A stretch of 26,552 nt of DNA, taken from assembly GCA_023205875.1 (NCBI GenBank), contig CP060763.1, positions 744,001 to 770,552 of the forward strand, written 5' to 3'. The stretch is from Chloropicon primus (Eukaryota). Positions 8,434-18,045 of this stretch are shown here, one piece after another (within the stretch, counting starts at the first letter, position 1; each line of letters begins with the position of its first letter). Both the position numbers and the translations under genes were made by a program. The notes under the pieces were generated by a model that did no database searches, had not been told where the DNA came from, and saw nothing but the letters and a program-made list of their open reading frames with translations.

Positions 8434-9699
8434 ATGGTGGAAACGGACGTGCCTTCGTACCTGAAGAAGTTGAAGCGGAGCTTCGCGAGGAAAAATGGGA
8501 GGGAAGTCGCGCAAGCTCTTGACCTGGGAATCAAGGAGGGATCAAACAGCAAGCTGCCAATGAGCTTGATCGGGGAGAGCCTCAAGCGCGCCTCGCCTGC
8601 GCAGCTGGGGAACCAGTGCTCCAAGTTTCTGGGCTCCGCCGAGCCCAGCCCCAAGGCGGCTGAGGTCGTGGCGGCGTGCCTGCTCTGCGCCAGGGAGTAC
8701 CACTGCGGAAACTTGGCCGAGGCCTACGACCAACTCGTCGCCGGGGTGCAGCCCTTCCTGGACCTCTTTCGGCAAGAGGAGGAGACTTGGGTCGTGGAGC
8801 CCCTGCACGTCATGGTGTCCAACCTCAGGCACTGCGCGGAGCTCGCGGACTCGGCGATCAAGGCCGCGGGGGACGAGCGCGTGAAGCCGGACAAGCTGGA
8901 GAACGCGGGGAACCACCTCATGAGCTGCTTCAGCGCGGCCAACAGGCCGCAGGGAGACCCGGACAAGAGGCTGGCGACCCTGAGGATCGTGAATTCGCTG
9001 TTCAGGATTTACTTCAAGCTCAACACCCTGAGGAACTGCAAGTACTTGATTCGGGTGGTGGACGCGAAGAAGTTCGTCGCGTTTCCTCACTTCCAGGCGG
9101 GGGACAGGGTCACGTACAAGTTCTTCGTGGGCCGTCTAGCCGTCTTCGACGAGAACTTTGACGAGGCCAACGACCACCTCTCGTACGCCTTCGACCACTG
9201 CCACCCTTCGCACTACACGCAGAGGAGGCTGATACTCAAGTACCTCGTGCCGGTGAAGATCTTCGCGAAGCAGTCCCTTCCCTCGGACGCCCTCCTGCAA
9301 AAGTACGACCTCGCCGGGTGGTACAGCGCCATCAAGGAGGCCGTGAAAACGGGCTCGGTGGGCAAGTTCGAGGAAGCCCTTCGCGAAAAAATGGCTCTCT
9401 TCGTGCAGGCTGGCATCTTCCTGCTGATGGAGAAGCTGAGGGTCGCGGTGTACAGGCGCTTGCTCAAGCGGGTGAAGCTCATCCACGCGGAGATGAGGCC
9501 CGAGAAAGCGGTGCAAGTTCCGCTGAGGTACTTTGTGGGGGCCTTGCAGTGGCAGGGCTACGTAACCGATCTCGACGAGGTGGAGTGCATCGTGGCCAAC
9601 TTGATCTACAACGGCCACGTCAAGGGGTACATCTCACACAAGTCGGGGGTCGTGGTGCTGAGCAAGAAGGAACCCTTCCCGGCGATGAAAATTTATTGA
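8434..9699 (+). CDS. PCID2: PCI domain-containing protein 2 (PCID2/Thp1/CSN12, plant EER5 homolog; TREX-2 subunit)
   Basis: Motifs IVNSLFRIYFKLN, DRVTYKFFVGRLAVFDENF, LSYAF, ILKYLVPVK and the C-terminal DLDEVECIVANLIYNGHVKGYISHK..VVLSKKEPFP. First ATG is at 8434. Confidence 0.9.
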   Translation: MVETDVPSYLKKLKRSFARKNGREVAQALDLGIKEGSNSKLPMSLIGESLKRASPAQLGNQCSKFLGSAEPSPKAAEVVAACLLCAREYHCGNLAEAYDQLVAGVQPFLDLFRQEEETWVVEPLHVMVSNLRHCAELADSAIKAAGDERVKPDKLENAGNHLMSCFSAANRPQGDPDKRLATLRIVNSLFRIYFKLNTLRNCKYLIRVVDAKKFVAFPHFQAGDRVTYKFFVGRLAVFDENFDEANDHLSYAFDHCHPSHYTQRRLILKYLVPVKIFAKQSLPSDALLQKYDLAGWYSAIKEAVKTGSVGKFEEALREKMALFVQAGIFLLMEKLRVAVYRRLLKRVKLIHAEMRPEKAVQVPLRYFVGALQWQGYVTDLDEVECIVANLIYNGHVKGYISHKSGVVVLSKKEPFPAMKIY

Positions 9700-9836
9700 A
9701 AAGCACCACCATCACTTCTTCCGTCGTCGTCGTCGTTGTTGTTGGGGCGTGTAAAAGGGTGTATTTTTATTAAAAAAGCTAGTGTTAAAGTCAGCGTGCT
9801 TGCCCCTCGTGCGTGCTCGGATGCACACGACGATCC

Positions 9837-11273
9837 CTACTCCACGACCACCGAGTCGTAGCCGTTGAAGAACACCAGGCCGTCGAAGTAGTCCAGAATC
9901 GCGTCCTTCCTCCGGTGCAGCTCGCAGATCTCGCTCAGGTCCAGGCCGCAGCTCAGGTTCGTCTCCAGGACAGTGTGGTTCAAGTACCTCAGGTGGAGGT
10001 ACGTCCTCGCCGAGATGACCCTGCACGGACCCGTGAGGAAGGCGTTCTCGTGGTCCATGCGGACGCACGCCTCCTTCCTGAACCCGGCGGCGTGGTCGAT
10101 CAGGAAGGCGGTCTCCTGGTCCTTGGTCCAGTGCTTGCCGTGAAGGAAGTGCCCGTGGTGGCGGTCGCTGTTGTGTATCAGCGCGTCGAGGATCCTCGTG
10201 TTCGACAGGAAAACGGGGTCAGGGACGGACTGGGCGGACTCGTTTAGCTGCCTGGCCCCCTCCACAAAGTACGTGAAGGACCCCTCGTTGAACTGCCTGC
10301 CGTCCACGATGATCTCCCCCCTCCTGATCACTGTGGGGGGGACCAGGTCCATCCCCAGCAGCAGGTTGAGCTGGTAGGCCACGGCCTCCACCCCCACTCT
10401 GTGCCAGCCGCTCTCCTCGCCCTCCTCCGACTTGGGCTTGAAGAGGGCCTTGATCGTCCTCCCGTTCCCTTCGAGCTCCACGAGGTAGGACTCATGGAAG
10501 AACTCGCTCGCGTGGTCGCTCGGCCTCGAGCTCACGATCCTGCCGTGCTGCAGCACGTGGCACAGCTCGTCGTGCGACCCGCCGCCCACCATCCTCTGCT
10601 GCCGGAGCTCCCTCGTCTCCTGCTCGAACAGGCCGGTCGCCGTGTTCTTGATGGCGAGGGCCGCGAGGGCGATCTGATCCTTCTTCGACAGGCCCCCCAC
10701 GGACGCCTCGATCGTGAGCGTGCCGTCCTGCACCGAGGTCCTCGTGCAGCACTCCGTCCCCGGGTGGATGGTCGTCTCCAGGGCGAGCGGGTGGACGTCG
10801 TCCTCCTCCTCGTCGCTGCCGCCCTGGTGCAGACGGAGCGCCTCGGGCTCGGGCCTCACGATGACCCTCCTCACCTCCTGCAGCTCCTCCCTTATCTTCC
10901 TGATCATGGTCCTCCCCCTGTCCTCCCCCTCCCCCAGAGGGCCGGCGGGGGCGGGGGCGGGGGCGTTGGAGTCCGACGACGGCAAGCCCGACAAGCCCGA
11001 CGCGCAGCTCGCCCTCGCCCTCGCCAGCACGGACGCCCCGTCGTGGAGGTGGTTGTGGTGGTCGTTGCTCGCTCCCGCTCCGTCGTGCCTCTCCCCGCTG
11101 TGCGCGGCGACCCGAAGAAGAGACGGTGGAGGAGGCGTCCCGGAAGATGACCCTGGAAGGGTGGCGGTCCAACAACCCCGTCGCGGCGTTGTAGTAGGGT
11201 TGTTGGTGTTGGTGTTGGTGCTGGTGTTCCCCATGATCACCGTCCTCTTGCACGCCACGACGCAAGGCCTCAT
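9837..11273 (-). CDS. Atypical kinase of the PI3/PI4-kinase-like fold (type II PI4K / actin-fragmin kinase-like), probable plastid transit peptide
   Basis: KALFKP (ATP-binding Lys), EAVAYQLNLLLGMDLVPPTVIR, GSF, LDALIHNSDRHHGHFL, LIDHAAGF. The N-terminus is Ser/Thr/Pro-rich and low complexity. Start is ATG 11273 or 11234. Confidence 0.72.
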   Translation of the reverse strand: MRPCVVACKRTVIMGNTSTNTNTNNPTTTPRRGCWTATLPGSSSGTPPPPSLLRVAAHSGERHDGAGASNDHHNHLHDGASVLARARASCASGLSGLPSSDSNAPAPAPAGPLGEGEDRGRTMIRKIREELQEVRRVIVRPEPEALRLHQGGSDEEEDDVHPLALETTIHPGTECCTRTSVQDGTLTIEASVGGLSKKDQIALAALAIKNTATGLFEQETRELRQQRMVGGGSHDELCHVLQHGRIVSSRPSDHASEFFHESYLVELEGNGRTIKALFKPKSEEGEESGWHRVGVEAVAYQLNLLLGMDLVPPTVIRRGEIIVDGRQFNEGSFTYFVEGARQLNESAQSVPDPVFLSNTRILDALIHNSDRHHGHFLHGKHWTKDQETAFLIDHAAGFRKEACVRMDHENAFLTGPCRVISARTYLHLRYLNHTVLETNLSCGLDLSEICELHRRKDAILDYFDGLVFFNGYDSVVVE

Positions 11274-11799
11274 CCTGAAGGTGCCCACGTACCCCTACTC
11301 GTACTCGTCGTTGTCGTCGTCGTCGTCGTCGTTGTTGTTGTTGGTGTGGTCGCTCGTTTGGAACCCCCCCTCCCCGTTTGCCCGGCCGTTATTTTCGTCA
11401 ATTCCCCCCAGGAAACGAAAGGAAAGGAACTCCGTTCGTTGCTTGTTTTTCCCAAAGCCAACCCAAGGCGTATGACGTCGTGTTCCGTCGTGTTCCTTCG
11501 TTGTGTGTTGTTGTGTGTTTCCCTCCTTCCCTCCTTCCCTCCTTCCCTCCTTCGCTGTCCTCGTGTCCTCCTCGTCTCTGTAGCGCTGGCGCCTCGACGA
11601 TCGCGCTCCGCTCCGTCAGGCACGTGATACCAGTAGGGAACCCCGTGTTCACTGAGGATTCTACAATACACGTTACCATATCTATCCAAACATAAGACAA
11701 AACTACAGGAGGTGTACACGTGGATGACGTCGTTTGGAGAAACAAAAGGAAACAAACCAACGCCAGCCTGGCTGGAGAAGGAGAAGGAGAAGGAGAAGG

Positions 11800-12540
11800 A
11801 TGAGGAGAAGGACGTGTGCGGTGGTGGTGTTCGAGGGGGTGGAGCTACTGGATGTAGCGGCGCCGGTAGAGATCCTCGGGGCACTCGGGACGAACCACGT
11901 CCACCTCTGCTACGTGCTCGCGCACCACCAGGACGAGGACGAGGACGAGTCATCTTCCTCTTTCTCTTTCTCTTCCTCTTGTGTCACCACGAGCTGCCTA
12001 GAGGTGAGCGGAGGGTGCAGAGGGCCGAGGATCGTGGGCACGCACGTGCTGGCCAGCGGGGGTCGCATTCGGAGGGTGGGGACCGGTGTGGTCGAGGCGC
12101 CCCACGTGGTGGTCGTTCCGGGAGGAAAGGGCGCGCGAGAGCTCTTGGGGGACCGGGCCCTGCAGAGGTGGCTGGTGGACGCCTGCTCCAGCGAGGAGTG
12201 CGAGGTCGTGCTCACCGTGTGCACGGGATCCTGGCTCCTGGCTCGGTCCGGGGTCCTGGATGGCCTCAGGGCGACTTGCAACAAGGGGGCGCTCGCCTCG
12301 GGCGCTCCGCAGAGGTCGAGGCCGCAAGTGGATTGGGTGCGCAGGGCTCGCTGGGTGGAGCACCGCACCGCGGAGGGGAAGCTGTTCGTCACGAGCAGCG
12401 GCGTGAGCGCGGGGGGCGACGCCGCGCTCGCCGTCGTGTCGCACCTCGCGGGGGAGGAGAGGGCGAGGGGGGTGGCGAGGGACGCCGAGTGGATCTGGAA
12501 CGAGAACGCGGACGACGACCCGTTCTGCACAGCAGAGTAA
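11800..12540 (+). CDS. DJ-1/PfpI family protein (isocyanide hydratase/InhA-like subgroup)
   Basis: AVVVFEGVELLDVAAPVEIL, VVVVPGGKGAR, catalytic VCTGSWLLARSGVLDGLRAT, ARWV, FVTSSGVSAGGD. ATG at 11800. Confidence 0.85.
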   Translation: MRRRTCAVVVFEGVELLDVAAPVEILGALGTNHVHLCYVLAHHQDEDEDESSSSFSFSSSCVTTSCLEVSGGCRGPRIVGTHVLASGGRIRRVGTGVVEAPHVVVVPGGKGARELLGDRALQRWLVDACSSEECEVVLTVCTGSWLLARSGVLDGLRATCNKGALASGAPQRSRPQVDWVRRARWVEHRTAEGKLFVTSSGVSAGGDAALAVVSHLAGEERARGVARDAEWIWNENADDDPFCTAE

Positions 12541-12634
12541 AAAGCGAACGACGACGTCTCTGAAACAATAATGGATACATGAAAACACAGCCAAAGCGAG
12601 CGCGCTTTGTGTGCGCGCGCTCGCGCGTCTCCGC

Positions 12635-14714
12635 TCACGAAGCGTTCACCCCGAGATCCTCCCCGGCCTTGGCAGCGGCTCGGGGGCTCAGGGAGCTCCA
12701 GTCGACGGAGGCCATCACCGTGTCCAGGGCCTCCTCCGGGACGTACGCCGAGTTGAGCCTCAGAATGTTCTCGACCTTGGCGCAGCAGTGAATGAGGGCC
12801 TCCCCCCCGTTCTCGACCTTCAAGAGGTTGACGCCGATCTCCGCGACCTCGGACAAGACGTTGTAGAGGTGATCCTTGAACCGGGTGGCTTCCGCTCTGG
12901 CCTCCTTGAGCTCGTCCACCTCGTCCTCCAGGAACAGGCACCTCGCCCTCGTGTCCCTGTGGCTCAGGAACACCTTGGCGTTCACCTGGCTCCTCCACTC
13001 CGCGAAGGAGGACGCGGCCAACCTGCGAAGCCTCCGGCGGTTGTACCTCTCGCTCAGCCTCTGGTTTCTCCTGGACTCCCTGGCGAGGAGGAGCCAGGAC
13101 ACGAACACGTTGGCCACCCTCAACCCCACCCACTTGTTCAAGCAAAGCGCCAAGAGAATTTTCTGCCTCGTGTTGAACTTCCAGGCGTAAAAGGACTCGC
13201 TCACCCTCCTGGCCCTGTTGTTCTGGTTGAACAGGCGCCTCAAAGTCTTTATCTTCTGCCTCACCAGCATCTCCTTCTCGGCAACCTGCATCCAGGAGCT
13301 GAAGAATTTGTAAAGCATTGCCCCCCTCTTGAGGAAGACCTCGCTCCTCCCAGACGACTCGCCCGTGTTCGCTCTGCCGTCGGACTCCTCCTCCACGTCT
13401 TCCTCGGAGGACGAGCTGGAGACCTCCAGTGCGGTGTTTCCGCCATAGCCAACATCGTGTTGTACGACGTCCGATCCAACCTCCTCGCGTACTTCATTCT
13501 CCTCGGTCTCGGTCGCCAGGTCTCCCTCGCTTCCTTCGCTCGCGGGCGCCGAGTCCACCACTTGCACGTCCTTCTCGTCTTGATCCTCGCTGCCCACGCC
13601 CCTGCTCTCTGCCTCCTCCTCCGAAGAACAAGTCGATGAGGTGTCGGACGAAATGGAGGCCATGGAATCGTCGGAGGCCTCGGCCTCGCCCCCGCCCAGG
13701 GTGGTCACCAGCCTTTCCTTGTCCCCCAAGTCCCCCTCGCTGTCCGTCTTGGCAAGGGGACTCGCGGGCGTGGAAACCCATTCCTTGTCCTTGTCCTTGT
13801 CCTTGTCCTTCGCCTTCAGAGTGGTCTTCAAGTTCCTCAGCCGCTCGTTGAAAGCGATGTCATCCCTTGAGCCTTCGCCACCCTCCGCCACCCTGTCGTG
13901 GTGTTCTGCCTTGGGCTCAAGGGAGGACCCAGGACTGGGCCCCGCCCTGTCGTATCCCGGGCTTTCCGACGTGGTGAGGTACCAAAGGCTGGGGTGCTTG
14001 TCTCCCCCGTCCATTCTGTCCATGGTCCTCCTCACCAGAACGTGGGAAGAGTCCTTGAGGAAGCTCAGCGTCCTTTCCAGTTTCTCCTTCTCCCTGTCCG
14101 TCAGACTGTACCCGCTGAGGTCACTGTCGTAGCTCAGCAGAGTCATCAGGTACTCCGCAGCGACCACCAGAAACTCCTCGCTGTGGGACGCAAAGTCCTC
14201 GATCACCCAGTCCACCTGTGAGCGGAGCGAGGAGCCAACCACCACCATCATCACCACCACCATCACAACAAACATGGACAACAACATCCAACCCAACAAC
14301 GGGACAGTGAGCGAGCGAGCGAACGAGTGAGGAGGGAACAAAATGTGTCAGAAACAAAGGTACGCAATGCGGCGGGCTTTTACTCTATTGAGGTGTCCCC
14401 AAGTGACTCACCAGGTCCTCGAGCGCGCCGTTGGAGAGCAGGAGCTTCCTGCACACGGACCCGCTCGCGAGGTGTCTCAGGAACTTGAGCGCCTGGATTC
14501 GCAAAGGCTGGGACTCCTTCTGCTTGCAGAGCTGGAAAATAATTTTCGCAAAGTCCTTGGTCTTGAGCAACCTGATGCTTGTGTGCTCATTCACCTGCAC
14601 AATGGAGTTGAGTCCCCTGAGCGAGAATATCTTGTCCTGCATTGTCCCTATCTGCAACTTGGCCAATAGCTCCCTGAAGAGCAAAGTCGACGTGCTCCCC
14701 GCCAGTGGAAACAT
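12635..14714 (-). CDS. Two-exon protein, complement(join(12635..14215,14412..14714)): ARM-like N-terminus, acidic linker, Sfi1-like F/LxxW repeats, coiled coil
   Basis: ATG 14714 has an in-frame TAA just upstream. A GTGAGT donor at 14411 and a CACAG acceptor at 14216 give a phase-0, 196-nt intron that joins GALEDL to VDWVIEDF. The helical LRIQALKFLRHLA..CRKLLLSNGALEDLV pattern is ARM-like. Function is not assigned. Confidence 0.7.
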
Positions 14715-14939
14715 CCTTTACCCGTGTTCTCTGTCTACGTCAGTGTTCTTGTGTCTCGTCCTGTTGTTGTTGTTGTCCACCTTGGCCTTGGCCTTGGTCC
14801 ACCTTGGTCCTCCAGGGCACAGCACAGAGCAAAAGTCCAACGATCAGAGAAGAGAGAAAGAGAAAGAGAGAGAGGCTGGCGCCGACGAGGAGGACGACGA
14901 ACAAGGAAGGAGAGGGAGAGGGAGAGGGAGAGGGGCAAG

Positions 14940-15228
14940 ATGGTGCGGATGGAAGTTAACATACACCCGCCGCGAAGAACATACAAACACGAGACAGGGG
15001 AAACACGAAACAACGAAAAGGTAAACAGAAAAAACCTCGGCCTGTGTGGGCCTGGGCCTCTGTGTGTGTGTGTGTGTGTGTGTGTGGATCTTGAAGGAAC
15101 AAACAAAGATACAAAGGACGAGTTTGGTTCGGGGCTTGGGGACTGCTGGGCTGACGAAGGGATGCTTTTCTTTCTCTCTTGTTTCTTCCGTCCGTCCGTC
15201 AACTCTATTGGCATTGGCATTATTGGAT

Positions 15229-15259
<31 letters not shown>

Positions 15260-16409
15260 AAACACGCGACAGAACGGTCTCGAGGTGTGTTATGAAACGA
15301 TTCAGGAAGCTGGACCGGGCAGCGTGTTCGGGCAAGGGGATCTGGTGTGCGTGGGTGACGCCATTGATCCCGTGGGAACGAGTGGCGACGGCCAGGACAC
15401 TTACCTCAGGGGCCACGGAACGAGGGTGGACGTCGAGTATGACGGGAAGGGGAGGAGAGTGAGGGAGGTGCTCAGGGCCACGGTATGCGGGACCGTGGAG
15501 AGGGTCAACAAGCTCGTGACGGTGAGGCCGGTGGGGTCCCAGTACACAGCCGAGGTCGGGGACGTTGTGGTTGGGGTGGTGACGGAAATAAGCGGCAAGA
15601 GGTGGAAGGTCGGGCTCAAGGGGAACCCGACCCTGGTCTCGGGCGGCGGGGGAGGTGGGAGCGAGGGCGTCCTGCACTTATCCGCGGTGAACCTCCCGGG
15701 CGGTGCTCAGAGGAGGAGGACGTGGGAGGACGAGCTGAACATGAGAAACGTGTTTAGGGAGACCGACGTCGTGTGCTCGGAGGTTCAAAGCTTGCACGCG
15801 GACGGGACAGTGGCGCTGCACGCCAGGAGCGCAAAGTACGGAAAGCTGACGAGTGGCACCCTCGTCTGCGTCCCCTCCTTTCTCGTGAAGAAGCAGAAGC
15901 ACAACTTCCTCACCTTTTCCTTTGGTGACGAGGACGACGAGCGCGCGGGGAAATCTAAGAAGCAGTCGGGTTCCCGAGTCCGCAGAAGAGACAAGGGCGC
16001 GGACCCGAACTCTGTCCGGGTCGTTCTCGGTTACAATGGCAACATCTGGGTTTGCTCCCCCTGGGGGGTCCCCCTGTCCAAGGACAAGCGAGACAGCGAC
16101 GACGAGGACAGCAGCAGCAGCGGCAGCGAGTCTGACGAGGAGATGGCGGAGAACGCCGACAAGGGGAAGAGGAAGAGGCCGGGGACCGAGAATGAATTGA
16201 ACGCGGGCGTGCTTTACAACATAAGCACGGTGTCCAACGTGGTGCGGGCCATCGGTGACCTCATGCTGCCCGTCACGGAGGAGACGATAGGCCAAGGGGT
16301 GGGCCTGGCGAGGAATCTCAAGGTGGAGCCGAACTTGATCTGCCAGCAGGATTTCCTGGAAAAGCTCGTGGACCAGGAAGCCGTGAGGAGGATGGCGTAC
16401 GAGGACTAG
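14940..16409 (+). CDS. RRP4: Exosome complex component RRP4 (EXOSC2), join(14940..15020,15273..16409)
   Basis: YLRGHGT, ATVCGTVERVNKLVTVRP, YTAEVGDVVVGVV, KRWKV, LHLSAVNLPGG, DELNMR, SEVQ, LHARSAKYGKL, VLGYNGNIWV. The intron 15021-15272 has a GTAAAC donor and GACAG acceptor (phase 0) and is filled with (TG)n and (AACACG)n. Confidence 0.9.
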
Positions 16410-16641
16410 CTGATGGGGCCAAAGAGCTCAGCGCGCGCTTTCTCGAGGAAAAAAAATTCAAACTAGAGTATAATAGCTTTAGTAGAAAAGCTTTCGCGCG
16501 TCAAAACATGGCGTGCTCGCTGGTCTTGGTGGTTGGTTTATTGTGCCAAATATTATTGTTTCGCGGGGTTTGCATATACAAAAAGGTATTGATACATCAT
16601 TTCGGTTGCTTCCAGTCTGGACTGGCCTTCTGTCAAAACTC

Positions 16642-18045
16642 TCAAGCCTTGGCCTTGTTGTTGGACTTGACTTCCTTCTCCTTGTCACTACTGTCCGAGG
16701 CCTGCTTGTCGTCCGTCTTGCTGCTGCTGCCCGATCCCGAGCTGTCGGACTTCTTCTGCTCCTCGAGCTTCTTCTGCTTCAGGAGCTCCTCAATCTCGTC
16801 GTTCCTTGCAAACCTTCCCCTGATCTTCGGCCTGCTGTCGGCCAGAGTCTTCCTACAATTATACTTGATCCTCTTCCTGAAGTTCCTCTCGTGCCTCTTC
16901 TGCCTGTAGCGCAGGATCCTTGCCCGCCTCTCGTCCAAGGTAAGCGTGCCGATCATCACCCTTCCGTCCCCGTTGCCGGTTTGCGCTGCGTGGTTCCCTC
17001 CAGGCGGCGACAACCCCCCCTCCTTCTTCGTGGCGTTCTCAAGGTGCTTTCCAAAGTTGGGCGAACTGGCCACCCTCCGAAGCGTCCCTCCCTGAGGTGC
17101 CGAGGCGCCGCCGTTCATCATCGAGCCGTTCATTCCGTTCATGTGCCCATGGTGACCCCCGTTCATTCCTACCCCGTTCATTCCCATGCCAGGGTGGGCG
17201 TGGTGAGGGGGCATCCCGACGTGGTGGGAGGATGCCGGGGGATGAAACTGGTGCGGGTGCCCCGCCGCCGCGCCCCCCCCCGAGGGCTGGTTGTACATGC
17301 CCTGGTGGTGCTGCTGCATCGGCATGCTCCCCGCCGGCCCTTGCGGTGGTGGCGCCCCCATGACCTGCTGAGCCGGTGGTGCACCCGAGTGGGGGGGTCC
17401 CTGGTGGGGATGGCCCTGCATCTGGTGGGGGTGCGGCGACTGGTGAGGATGGCCCTGCCCCTGGTGGGGGTGCTGCTGGTGGTTCTGGCTCCACTGACCG
17501 GCGGGAGGGGCCATGGTCTGGGGGTTCATCAGCACTTGCTGTGAGTCTTGGAACTGCTGGTAGTGCATGCTCGGCATCAGGTCAGGCTGGTCAAGCGTGC
17601 CGAGCGAACTGAGCTCCTCCTGCGCCATCGGCTCGTTCTCGTCCAGCGACTTGAGCTTGTTCCCCTTCTTGCTCCCCCTTCTCCCCCTCGGCTTGGGCTC
17701 CTTCTTGACTTTGGCCAGGCCGTTCGCCTTCCCCGAGGAGGGCTGCAGGGCCGTGAGGTCGTTCATACTGAAGGCCGCCCTCTTCAGGCCGCTCCTGTTG
17801 AGGCCCGCCGCCGCCTGGGCCGCGATCACGACCTGCTTCTCGTTCAGCTTGTTGTCCAAGGTGTCGTCGCTCCCGCTCCCGCTCCCGCTCCCCTCCCCCC
17901 CGACGTTGTCAAACACGGGATCTCCCAGCGCCCGCATGAGTTCCGCCTCCTCGGCGCAAAGCATGGCGTTCATGTACCCATCGTCCAGCAAAAAGTCTGG
18001 AAAACCCGTTCCCGGGTTGCTCAAGAGGACCTGATCATCAATCAT
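16642..18045 (-). CDS. CCT-motif protein (CMF class: CCT domain with no visible B-box or receiver domain)
   Basis: C-terminal ERRARILRYRQKRHERNFRKRIKYNCRKTLADSRPKIRGRFARN is a CCT motif, preceded by a Q/H/P/G-rich region. First ATG is at 18045 (MIDDQVLL); upstream exons cannot be excluded. Confidence 0.88.
   Translation of the reverse strand: MIDDQVLLSNPGTGFPDFLLDDGYMNAMLCAEEAELMRALGDPVFDNVGGEGSGSGSGSDDTLDNKLNEKQVVIAAQAAAGLNRSGLKRAAFSMNDLTALQPSSGKANGLAKVKKEPKPRGRRGSKKGNKLKSLDENEPMAQEELSSLGTLDQPDLMPSMHYQQFQDSQQVLMNPQTMAPPAGQWSQNHQQHPHQGQGHPHQSPHPHQMQGHPHQGPPHSGAPPAQQVMGAPPPQGPAGSMPMQQHHQGMYNQPSGGGAAAGHPHQFHPPASSHHVGMPPHHAHPGMGMNGVGMNGGHHGHMNGMNGSMMNGGASAPQGGTLRRVASSPNFGKHLENATKKEGGLSPPGGNHAAQTGNGDGRVMIGTLTLDERRARILRYRQKRHERNFRKRIKYNCRKTLADSRPKIRGRFARNDEIEELLKQKKLEEQKKSDSSGSGSSSKTDDKQASDSSDKEKEVKSNNKAKA

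Noticed and set aside
14216..14341. Hydrophobic MFVVMVVVMMVVVG segment suggesting a signal or transmembrane helix
   Set aside because: Encoded by (GGT/GAT)n repeats inside the predicted intron.
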